A stretch of 64,000 nt of DNA, taken from assembly GCA_033763455.1 (NCBI GenBank), contig JANRKO010000006.1, positions 608,001 through 672,000 of the forward strand, given 5' to 3'. This document shows positions 48,429-56,963 of this stretch, piece after piece. The position numbers and the translations under genes were made by a program. Origin of the DNA: Polyangiaceae bacterium. Its GTDB lineage: Bacteria > Myxococcota_A > Polyangia > Polyangiales > Polyangiaceae. The notes beneath the pieces are model-generated. The model worked only from the letters and a program-made list of their open reading frames with translations. It was not told the DNA's origin and made no database searches. How positions within the stretch are numbered: position 1 is the stretch's first letter; each line of letters opens with the position of its first letter.

Positions 48429-49532
48429 ATGGGAATCTCCTGCGGAATCGTTGGGCTGCCAAACGTCGGCAAAAGCACTCTCTTCAACGCTATTTCTTCT
48501 GGTAAGGCCGAAGCCCAGAACTTTCCGTTTTGCACCATTGAGCCCAACGTGGGCATCGCCACTGTTCCCGATGCTCGACTGGAGGCTCTGAGCAAGGTCT
48601 ACAAATCTCAGAAGATTATTCCGACGAGTGTCGAATTCGTCGATATCGCTGGTTTGGTTCGTGGCGCGTCGAAAGGAGAGGGTCTAGGCAATCAGTTCCT
48701 CTCGCATATTCGAGAAGTGCACGCCGTGGCTCACGTGGTGCGTTGTTTCGAGAGCGACGACGTTACTCACGTCGAAGGCCGCGTGGACCCGGTAGCAGAT
48801 ATCGCTACGATCGACACCGAGCTGTGCTTGAAAGATCTCGAAACGGTGCAGAAGCGCCACGACCGCGCCGTCAAGCAAAGCAAAGGAGGCGACCCGAAAG
48901 AAAAGGCGATGGCTTCACTCACCGAAAAGCTTCTTCAACACTTGGACGCCGGCAAGCCAGCTCGCTCCTTCAAGGCGGAGACCGATACGGACCGGGAGCT
49001 CATTGCTGAGATGCAACTCCTGACTCAGAAGCCCACTTTTTACGTCGCGAACGTGTCCGAGGCAGCCATCGGCAACTTAGATGCTGAGCCCCTCTATCAG
49101 GCGCTGTGTGCGCATGCCAAAGGTGAGGGGGCCAAGGTTGTGCCGATTTGCGCGGCGTTGGAGTCGCAAATTGCGGAGCTTGAACCTCAAGATCGTCCGG
49201 AATTTTTGCTCAGTGCTGGGCTCAAGGAGCCAGGGCTCAACCAGGTGATTCGCGTAGCTTATGAATTACTTGGCTTGATCACTTTTCTCACTGCCGGCGA
49301 AAAGGAAACGCGCGCTTGGACGGTTCGACGTGGGGCCAAGGCGCCTGAAGCGGCTGGGGCGATCCACACCGATTTCGAACGTGGCTTCATTCGAGCAGAG
49401 GTGATTTGGTGGGAGGATTTGGTGACGCTTGGCAGTGAGGCAAAGTGCCGAGAATCTGGGAAGATGGCCGTAGAAGGTAAGGAATACGTTGTGCGCGACG
49501 GCGACGTGATGCACTTCCGCTTCAACGTGTAG
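48429..49532 (+). CDS. ychF: redox-regulated ATPase YchF
   Basis: GIVGLPNVGKST, PFCTIEPN, DIAGLV, HTDFERGFIRAE, FRFNV. Confidence 0.98.
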   Translation: MGISCGIVGLPNVGKSTLFNAISSGKAEAQNFPFCTIEPNVGIATVPDARLEALSKVYKSQKIIPTSVEFVDIAGLVRGASKGEGLGNQFLSHIREVHAVAHVVRCFESDDVTHVEGRVDPVADIATIDTELCLKDLETVQKRHDRAVKQSKGGDPKEKAMASLTEKLLQHLDAGKPARSFKAETDTDRELIAEMQLLTQKPTFYVANVSEAAIGNLDAEPLYQALCAHAKGEGAKVVPICAALESQIAELEPQDRPEFLLSAGLKEPGLNQVIRVAYELLGLITFLTAGEKETRAWTVRRGAKAPEAAGAIHTDFERGFIRAEVIWWEDLVTLGSEAKCRESGKMAVEGKEYVVRDGDVMHFRFNV

Positions 49533-49570
49533 AGCTACTTTTCACACGTCGCCTGCGGGGGAGCTGGAGG

Positions 49571-50083
49571 CTACGATGGCTGGTGTTCGGCTAACCACTC
49601 GGCAATCGTGGTGGTCGCCACGGGGCCGCCCAAGAATCCAGCGAATCGGGCCAGCCAAACTCCAATCATGGTGGCTAACAAGACTCCGCCGAGCAGTTTC
49701 CCCAGGCGTTTGGGAACGATATTGTTCAGCCGCGCAGCTGCGCCGAGACCCAGCGACGGCGCAAAATCTTTGAGGGCTGCACTGGCCACCAGGAACAGAG
49801 CGAACGGGGCAAGGGGCAGTACGAGCGGATGAAAATGGAATGCCTTCGCCCAATCGCCTGCGAGGAGCGCCAGCGTGGCGCGCGTGAGCCCACACCCAGG
49901 GCATGGGACACCAAAAACTGCGGCGGTTGGGCACACCGGCAGTTCGAAATGCACGGCTGCGCCCAGAGCTAGCGTGCCCAGCACAAGCCAAACCCATTTG
50001 ATGTAACGGGGCTGAAACATCACCCCTTGTGGTCGGGCAAAGGAGCCTAAGGCCAGAGCACCTCTGGCCCCAGGATCAACCAT
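49571..50083 (-). CDS. DUF2752 family membrane protein
   Basis: CP......PCPGCGLTRA and HPL motifs with TM segments. Confidence 0.88.
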   Translation of the reverse strand: MVDPGARGALALGSFARPQGVMFQPRYIKWVWLVLGTLALGAAVHFELPVCPTAAVFGVPCPGCGLTRATLALLAGDWAKAFHFHPLVLPLAPFALFLVASAALKDFAPSLGLGAAARLNNIVPKRLGKLLGGVLLATMIGVWLARFAGFLGGPVATTTIAEWLAEHQPS

Positions 50084-51278
50084 ACGTGTTGCGTGCGGCG
50101 CCCGACGCCGCCTGGAAGATTTCGTTCAAATCGACGATGAACGCGTACAGCCCGTAGATCGGGATGAAATACATGATGGGGTGGCCCACCTGAGCGTTGG
50201 GGATGCCCGCCATTTGCTTCGCATCGAGCACCTTGGCGGTGAGCTGCCACAAGAAGATCAAGTTTAGGATTGGAATGAAGAAGAAGAGGATGTTGATGTC
50301 CTTCTTCTGGCGGAAAGACTTGAGCTCAAGGATCCCGAATATCCAGACGAAGAGAGCGTAAAATCCGCAGATTGCCCCGATGATTGTGTCGTTAACTGGG
50401 TTGCGGATTTTACCGACGGGGCCGTGCCCGCCCGGAGAAGTGGGCGCCAGCGGATCGGCTCCGTAGGGGGAGATGGCGCCCCCGTGATACTGCGGTGCAG
50501 AACCATAAGTGGGGCCCGCGCCTTGGCCCGAGCCACCTGGCTGCGGCTGAGCATAGCCTCCGCCGGGAGTGCCGAAGCCCGGATTCGCTTGTGCGGCTGC
50601 GTACCCGGGTGCGGGTGCATAGCCGCCTGCCTGATTGCTGAATCCTCCGGCCGCAGCGGGATCATATGCGGGTGGTGCGCCAAAATTGCCAGGACTCGGA
50701 GCAGGAGGTGCTTCCCAGGCGGGTGCCGGAGCACCGGGCGGCGAACCATAAGCGCCGGGACTGCCGAAACTTGCCGCATCCGCGACCATCGTTCCGCCCA
50801 GCGGGTTTACCCCCGGAGTTGGCGCAACGGGTGCTACGGCTGGCGCAGGGGCAGGGGCAGGGGCTGGAAATCCCGCAGCGGGGGATACTCCGCCGGGTGG
50901 CCCTCCAAGGGGCGTCCCAATCGGCGGAGCAGGCGCAGCACCCGGGGAAGGCGGGGCCACCCCGAGCATCGTTCCTTTGAGCTTCGCCTTCGCTGCTGCA
51001 GAAGCCGTAGCGGTTGCAGCAACAGGTTGTGCTGCTGGTGCAGGTGCTGCCGGCACAGGCGCTGCTGGTACAGGCGCTGCCGCTGCCGGTGCTGGGTCGG
51101 TTGGCGCCGTTGGAACAGCTGCACCGGCCGGTTTCGCCAGACCTGGAGGCACGTTCATCATCAGCATGGTCCCCTTGAACTTGGGTGCTGCAGTGCCTTT
51201 CAGGTTGAAACCGCACTTGGTGCAGTTGTTGGCTGTATCTTCGTTCTGTGTCCCACAGTTAGGGCAAAACACGCGCAT
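50076..51278 (-). CDS. zinc-ribbon / Pro-Ala-Gly linker / DUF4234-like membrane protein
   Basis: CPNCG...CTKCG; GTM motifs in low-complexity linker; RNP...CGFY..W membrane domain; GGAGG RBS. Confidence 0.8.
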   Translation of the reverse strand: MRVFCPNCGTQNEDTANNCTKCGFNLKGTAAPKFKGTMLMMNVPPGLAKPAGAAVPTAPTDPAPAAAAPVPAAPVPAAPAPAAQPVAATATASAAAKAKLKGTMLGVAPPSPGAAPAPPIGTPLGGPPGGVSPAAGFPAPAPAPAPAVAPVAPTPGVNPLGGTMVADAASFGSPGAYGSPPGAPAPAWEAPPAPSPGNFGAPPAYDPAAAGGFSNQAGGYAPAPGYAAAQANPGFGTPGGGYAQPQPGGSGQGAGPTYGSAPQYHGGAISPYGADPLAPTSPGGHGPVGKIRNPVNDTIIGAICGFYALFVWIFGILELKSFRQKKDINILFFFIPILNLIFLWQLTAKVLDAKQMAGIPNAQVGHPIMYFIPIYGLYAFIVDLNEIFQAASGAARNTYG

Positions 51279-51457
51279 ACCTCCGAAATCCGCCGGAATC
51301 GATGGATAGCGCTCAGACTACACGCATTTTCGCCGATCTCTCAAGCGCACAAATGGAAACACTTTCCGAATGCTCGCTCCGTTCGAAACACCCGACGTGT
51401 TTCGCCCCGTGGGCCGGAGCCCTGCGGTTTTGATTGCTGCGAGTCAACGCGGTGCTC

Positions 51458-51487
51458 TTGACACCTTCTCGCGCGGGTCACTACGGT
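51458..51487 (+). promoter_or_regulatory. sigma70-type promoter of nuo operon
   Basis: TTGACA-N18-TACGGT about 100 nt upstream of nuoE. Confidence 0.5.
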
Positions 51488-51586
51488 GCGCTCGCCCGGC
51501 CTCCCGGGCTCCACAAAATGGCTGAGAACACGCTTGGTTGCATGTTCTCGCCGCGACCCTGACCCCCTTCCGGACAAGCACATTAC

Positions 51587-52072
51587 ATGGCATTCGCCCT
51601 GAGTGCGGAGCGCGAAAAAGAACTGCAGGCGATTCTCGCTCGCTATCCCAACAAGATGGCAGCTTGCATACCTGCACTTCACCTGTGCCAAGAGGCCAAC
51701 GAAAATTACGTGAACGACGATGTCGTCCAGTTCGTGGCGGACAGGCTTGAGCTGTCGGCAGCTCACGTAAAAGGGGTGGTTACCTTCTATACGCTGTTCA
51801 ATCAGCGCAAACCAGGCAAGCACCAGGTGTGGGTTTGTCGGACCCTATCCTGCGCATTACGCGGGTCCGACAAGATCCTCCACCACTGCGAGAAGAAGCT
51901 CGGCATCCACGTCGGGCAGACCACCCCCGATGGGAAGATCACGTTGCGCACGGCCGAATGCCTGGCTTCGTGTGGCTCCGCACCAATGATGCAAGTCGAC
52001 AAAGATTACTTCGAAAATCTGACCATCGAAGACGTCGATCGCGTGCTCGATCGACTGCTCTTGGACGCTTGA
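51587..52072 (+). CDS. nuoE: NADH-quinone oxidoreductase subunit E
   Basis: VVTFYTLF, CRTLSC.LRG, ECLASCGSAP (2Fe-2S ligands). Confidence 0.95.
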   Translation: MAFALSAEREKELQAILARYPNKMAACIPALHLCQEANENYVNDDVVQFVADRLELSAAHVKGVVTFYTLFNQRKPGKHQVWVCRTLSCALRGSDKILHHCEKKLGIHVGQTTPDGKITLRTAECLASCGSAPMMQVDKDYFENLTIEDVDRVLDRLLLDA

Positions 52073-52087
52073 GCGGTAGAGGATACG

Positions 52088-53434
52088 ATGCTGAAGCAAA
52101 CGACCTACCTCACCCACTCGTACGACAAGCCGAACGGGCACACGCTTGCCACCTATGAGGCCCAGGGTGGCTACCAATCAGCCCGAAAAGCCCTCGGAAT
52201 GACGCGGGACGCGGTGATCGACGAGGCGAAGAAGGCACATGTCCGTGGCCGAGGCGGTGCGGGCTTCGACTGTGGGACGAAGTGGAGCTTCATGCCCAAA
52301 GAATCTGGCAAGCCCCACTATCTCGTGATCAACGCGGATGAAGGGGAGCCGGGAACCTTTAAAGATCGCACTATCATGGAGCGTAATCCACACGCGCTCA
52401 TCGAAGGTTGCATCATTGGTTGCTACGCAATTGGTGCGAACGCTTGCTACATCTACGTACGGGATGAGCTGCATCTTTCGAAGGCCCGCTTGTGGGGCGC
52501 CATCGAGGAAGCTCGTGCCAAAGGTTACCTGGGCAAAACACCATTTGGGAAAGCGTACCCGGTGGAAGTGTACGTGCACACGGGCGCTGGCGCTTACATC
52601 TGCGGCGAGGAAACAGCGCTTTTGAATTCGCTTGAAGGGCGCCGCGGTGAACCCCGCTTAAAGCCGCCCTTCCCGGCGCAATACGGCGCGTTTGGTTGCC
52701 CCACCACCGTGAACAACGTGGAAACTATCGCGATTATGCCCACGGTCTTCAAGATCGGTGGGGATGCGTTCAGCCAGTTGAGTGATTTGCACTCCTTCAA
52801 CGACGGCGGAACGCGCCTGTTTGGCGTCAGTGGCCACGTCAAGAAGCCGGGCATCTATGAAGCGTGCGTTGGGCTCACTCTGCGCGAGTTGATTTACGAT
52901 CTTGGTGGAGGGTTGACGGGCGACCGCAAATTGCTCGCGGTAATTCCGGGTGGTTCCTCTTGCCCGGTAATGCGGCCAGACGAAACCGTGAACTTGCCCA
53001 ATGACCCGCGATTCGCTCCTTACAATGGGAAAAGCGTGCTCGATTTGCCGCTCGGTGTGGACACCTTCCGCGGCATTAGCAGCATGCTCGGCACGTGCTG
53101 CGCCATCGTGATGAGCGACGCGGCCGATCCTGTGCTCGCCATCCACAATCTAATGCGTTTCTACCGCCATGAATCGTGCGGCCAGTGCACACCATGCCGC
53201 GAAGGGTGCGGTTGGATTGAGCGGATTCTGGACAAAGTCGTGGCCGGCAAGGCCACCATCGAAGAGCTCAACCAGATCCATGAGATAGCGTCTGACATCA
53301 CGGGCAACACCATTTGCGCTTTCGGCGACGGCGCCGCACAGCCCGCACTTTCCTTCGTACGCAAGTTCCGAAAGGAACTTGAGAACTACATTCTTTCGGG
53401 CGGCTCCTCCCAAACGCGAACGTTGGTAGCATGA
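52088..53434 (+). CDS. nuoF: NADH-quinone oxidoreductase subunit F
   Basis: GRGGAGF, NADEGEPGTFKDR, YICGEETAL, ESCGQCTPCREG, TICAFGD. Confidence 0.97.
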   Translation: MLKQTTYLTHSYDKPNGHTLATYEAQGGYQSARKALGMTRDAVIDEAKKAHVRGRGGAGFDCGTKWSFMPKESGKPHYLVINADEGEPGTFKDRTIMERNPHALIEGCIIGCYAIGANACYIYVRDELHLSKARLWGAIEEARAKGYLGKTPFGKAYPVEVYVHTGAGAYICGEETALLNSLEGRRGEPRLKPPFPAQYGAFGCPTTVNNVETIAIMPTVFKIGGDAFSQLSDLHSFNDGGTRLFGVSGHVKKPGIYEACVGLTLRELIYDLGGGLTGDRKLLAVIPGGSSCPVMRPDETVNLPNDPRFAPYNGKSVLDLPLGVDTFRGISSMLGTCCAIVMSDAADPVLAIHNLMRFYRHESCGQCTPCREGCGWIERILDKVVAGKATIEELNQIHEIASDITGNTICAFGDGAAQPALSFVRKFRKELENYILSGGSSQTRTLVA

Positions 53435-54051
53435 CACCTGGTGCTTTATTCTTCTCGATCTGTAGCGTCGTGTGCCTGGTCGGTGCGCTCGTTACGATTC
53501 TGGCTCAGAACCCGATCCGCGGTGCCATGGGCTTGCTCACCACCATTGCCGGCATTGCGGGCCTCTACCTTGCGCTCCAGGCCCAATTTCTTGCCGCTAT
53601 TCAGCTGATTGTCTACGCGGGCGCTGTTGTTGTTCTGTTCGTGATGGTCATCATGCTCCTCGGGCCCATGGCTGGGGCCGGGCGCGTGGGTCAGGAGCCA
53701 CGCGCGCGTTACGCGCCACTATTCAGCTCCGTGGTGCTGTTGGGCATTATGGCGTACGCCATGTGGTTGGTTGGTGGCGCGCCCAGCAAGCCTACGGAGT
53801 ATGCTACCCCGCCTGCAGGTTACGGTTCTATTGAGGGGGTCGGAAAGCTTCTGTTCACCGAGGGGATGGCCGCATTCGAACTCACCACGGCCCTTCTGAT
53901 CGTGGCTGTGGTTGGTGCCATCGCTGTTGCCCGTTCGGTGCCGAGCAAGAAGCGCCCAGCGAAGATCAGTAGTGCAACACGTCGCCTGTTTCGGGGACCG
54001 GTGCACCCGCGCGATGGTGCGCGCCCACTTTTGAAGGAGCCCACTCAATGA
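53431..54051 (+). CDS. nuoJ: NADH-quinone oxidoreductase subunit J
   Basis: NPIRGA, AQFLAAIQLIVYAGAVVVLF.MVIML, FE...LL..A.VGA. Confidence 0.95.
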   Translation: MTPGALFFSICSVVCLVGALVTILAQNPIRGAMGLLTTIAGIAGLYLALQAQFLAAIQLIVYAGAVVVLFVMVIMLLGPMAGAGRVGQEPRARYAPLFSSVVLLGIMAYAMWLVGGAPSKPTEYATPPAGYGSIEGVGKLLFTEGMAAFELTTALLIVAVVGAIAVARSVPSKKRPAKISSATRRLFRGPVHPRDGARPLLKEPTQ

Positions 54052-54365
54052 TGGCCTTGGGAAGCGTGCTGGAGCACTACGTATTTCTAGCGACCCTCTT
54101 GTTCACGTTGGGCGGGGTGGGGTTCCTGTTGCGGCGGAACATCATTGTGCAGCTCATGAGCATTGAGCTCATGCTAAATGCCGTAAATTTGCTGCTGATC
54201 GCGTACAACCGGCACCACTCAGGGTCGTTGCACGGTCAGATGTTCGCTTTCTTCATCATCGCCGTCGCCGCTGCGGAAGCATCCGTAGGTCTCGCGATTG
54301 TGCTTTCTCTCTATCGGCTGAAGTCCACCATCTCAAGCGATGAGGCGGATTCTCTTCGTCACTAG
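54048..54365 (+). CDS. nuoK: NADH-quinone oxidoreductase subunit K
   Basis: RRN....MSIELMLNAVN, GQ.F, VAAAEASVGLA. Confidence 0.97.
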   Translation: MMALGSVLEHYVFLATLLFTLGGVGFLLRRNIIVQLMSIELMLNAVNLLLIAYNRHHSGSLHGQMFAFFIIAVAAAEASVGLAIVLSLYRLKSTISSDEADSLRH

Positions 54366-54371
54366 GTCGAC

Positions 54372-56963
54372 ATGGATACGCTTAGGCTGCTTTTTCCGCC
54401 CAACAGTTTCATTCTTCTGGCCTTCATCTTAGGGCTGCCGTTGCTCGGCGCGTTCATCAACGGCGTTTTCGGGAAACGGCTCGGCAAACAGGCCGTTTCG
54501 ATCGCCGGCCTAGCAGCAGTGGGGGTGCCCTTTCTGATGAGCGTGGTGGCATTTGTGATGCTCCACGCGACGCAAAAAGGCGAAGAGCCGGCGCGGTTCG
54601 TGTGGACAGCGTGGCGTTGGCTTAACCTAGCCCGCCTCAACGGGGACGGTGAGATGGCCGTGCCGCTGGACGTCGCGTTCTCCATCGACGCGTTGAGCGG
54701 CACGATGGCGCTCATCATTACGGGCATTGGCTTTCTTATCCACCTGTACTCGACGAAGTACATGGAAGAAGACCCTGGGTTTCACCGCTTTTTTGCCTAC
54801 CTGAACCTCTTCATCTTCTCGATGCTGGTGCTGGTCCTCGGCGACAGCCTGCCGGTGCTCTTTGTGGGTTGGGAAGGCGTGGGCCTCTGCAGCTACTTAC
54901 TGATCGGCTTTTGGTTTACCGAACAAAAGAATGCCGCGGCTGGTAAGAAAGCCTTCATCACGAACCGCATTGGCGATTTCGGCCTGCTTGTCGCTATGGG
55001 GCTGCTGCTCTATTACACAGGCGCCCTCGATTGGGCGGGCATGGATGCCAAGCGCACGGCGCTCCTCGGCCAGCAGCAGATCTGGCCGCTCGTGGGCGAT
55101 CAGATCTGGTTTGCTCATTTTCTTCCGGATGGCCTAGCTGAGTGGTTGAGCAAGCCGCGCTACGTGTCTCCCGCCACGCTCGTGGGGCTCGCTCTTTTCC
55201 TTGGTTGTGCCGGCAAGAGCGCGCAGTTTCCTCTCTATGTTTGGCTTCCGGATGCGATGGCCGGGCCGACCCCGGTGAGCGCATTGATTCACGCCGCAAC
55301 GATGGTAACGGCGGGGATCTACCTGGTGTGCCGTATGGCCAGCATTTTCGTGCTGTCGCCTACCGCGATGATGGTCGTGGCTCTAGTCGGAGCATTTACG
55401 GCGTTTTTCGCAGCGACGATCGCGTTTGCCCAGAATGACATTAAGAAGGTTTTGGCCTATTCGACGGTCAGCCAGCTTGGCTACATGTTCATGGGCGTGG
55501 GTGTCGGCGCATTTTCAGCGGGCTTCTTCCATGTGATGACGCACGCTTTCTTCAAGGCCTGTTTGTTTCTGGGTTCCGGCTCGGTGATCCACGCCATGCA
55601 TGCGCGTATTCACAATTCAGACGCCTCCCAGGATATGCGCAACATGGGTGGCCTGAAGCGCTTCATGCCGATCACGTTCGCTACGTTTGCAGTGTCTTGG
55701 GCGGCGATTGTCGGCTTTCCGTTGACGAGCGGCTTCTTCTCCAAAGACGAAATCCTGTTCAAGACGTATACGTCCTATATAGTTGGAGTCGGCGCGACCG
55801 ACGAGTCTGCGTGGCCGCGCTGGGTGTCTCTCGTTGTGTTTGGGTTGGCCGTGATGGGCGCCGCGATGACGGCTTTCTACATGACACGCTTGGTAGTCGG
55901 AACGTTCTTCGGGGAGTTCCGCGGCTGGACCATCGTCAAGGGATTCCAGTCAGCGCACGGTCATGATGACCACACCCATGGTGATCACGCGCACGACGCG
56001 CATGCTTCGGCGCACGATCACCTGCACGCTGTGCAGGACGCCCATGGGCACGACGATCACCACGGCCACGAGCACAACCATGGCCCCATGGAGGGCCCCG
56101 AGCCTCACGAGTCCCCGTGGCAAATGACGTTGCCGTTGGTCATTCTTGCGGCTCTGGCGCTCATTGGTGGTGCCCTCAACGCCAACGCGGTGGGTTTCCA
56201 CTGGTTGGATACCTGGCTCGATCCCGTGTTCGCGACGGCGAAGAATTCGGTGAAGAGCATTGAAGGTGCTGAGCACTTGCACCACACGCTGTTGATTCCA
56301 GGTTTGCTCGCGTTCACGTTGGGCGTGGGCGCCGCATATTGGGTCTACGTGATGCAGAAGGGGGACCCTGCTCGGCGCCTCACTGAGCAATTTCCACGGC
56401 TTCATCAGTGGGCCGTGGAGAAGTGGCGCGTCGATGAGCTGTACGAAGAAACCGTGCTAGGTGCCGTGGATACGCTCGCCGAAATCGCGGTGTGGGTCGA
56501 CAAGTACGTGGTCGACGGCATCGTAGCTCGTTTAACCTCCGGCGTGGTGGCCTTCTCAGGTTACGTGCTTCGGCAGTTTCAGACCGGCAGGGTTCAAACC
56601 TATGCAGCAGTCATGGTGATTGGTCTCGGTGCCGTAGGCTGGCATTTCGTCGTGCCTCACACGGAAGTCCTCACGAAAGTCTCGCCTTCGGGCGACAAAG
56701 AGCTCCAGGCTCCGACTGGGTTTGGCTACTCGTATGAGTGGGACAAAAATGGCGACGGTAAGGTGGATTCTACTGCCCGAACTCTCCAACTCACGTCGAC
56801 GGAGGCAGGCTCCACCGTACGCCTCCGGGTAACGAATGTTTTTGGTACGATGCGCGAACGGGAAATTAAGCCGCCCGCGGCGGACGGTACGCTCACCCTG
56901 CGTTCCACTCCGTCCGTGACGGGCATCCGGCCCTCAACATTGATCGGGGAGGGAGCGCGATGA
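54372..56963 (+). CDS. nuoL: NADH-quinone oxidoreductase subunit L, extended
   Basis: GWEGVGLCSYLLIGFW, KAF..NRIGD, GKSAQFPL.VWLPDAMAGPTPVSALIHAATMV, QTGRVQTY; His-rich loop and ~100-aa C-terminal tail. Confidence 0.96.
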   Translation: MDTLRLLFPPNSFILLAFILGLPLLGAFINGVFGKRLGKQAVSIAGLAAVGVPFLMSVVAFVMLHATQKGEEPARFVWTAWRWLNLARLNGDGEMAVPLDVAFSIDALSGTMALIITGIGFLIHLYSTKYMEEDPGFHRFFAYLNLFIFSMLVLVLGDSLPVLFVGWEGVGLCSYLLIGFWFTEQKNAAAGKKAFITNRIGDFGLLVAMGLLLYYTGALDWAGMDAKRTALLGQQQIWPLVGDQIWFAHFLPDGLAEWLSKPRYVSPATLVGLALFLGCAGKSAQFPLYVWLPDAMAGPTPVSALIHAATMVTAGIYLVCRMASIFVLSPTAMMVVALVGAFTAFFAATIAFAQNDIKKVLAYSTVSQLGYMFMGVGVGAFSAGFFHVMTHAFFKACLFLGSGSVIHAMHARIHNSDASQDMRNMGGLKRFMPITFATFAVSWAAIVGFPLTSGFFSKDEILFKTYTSYIVGVGATDESAWPRWVSLVVFGLAVMGAAMTAFYMTRLVVGTFFGEFRGWTIVKGFQSAHGHDDHTHGDHAHDAHASAHDHLHAVQDAHGHDDHHGHEHNHGPMEGPEPHESPWQMTLPLVILAALALIGGALNANAVGFHWLDTWLDPVFATAKNSVKSIEGAEHLHHTLLIPGLLAFTLGVGAAYWVYVMQKGDPARRLTEQFPRLHQWAVEKWRVDELYEETVLGAVDTLAEIAVWVDKYVVDGIVARLTSGVVAFSGYVLRQFQTGRVQTYAAVMVIGLGAVGWHFVVPHTEVLTKVSPSGDKELQAPTGFGYSYEWDKNGDGKVDSTARTLQLTSTEAGSTVRLRVTNVFGTMREREIKPPAADGTLTLRSTPSVTGIRPSTLIGEGAR

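Noticed and set aside
50424..51461. 345-aa Arg/Cys-rich plus-strand ORF
   Set aside because: Antisense shadow of the Pro/Ala-rich gene 50076-51278
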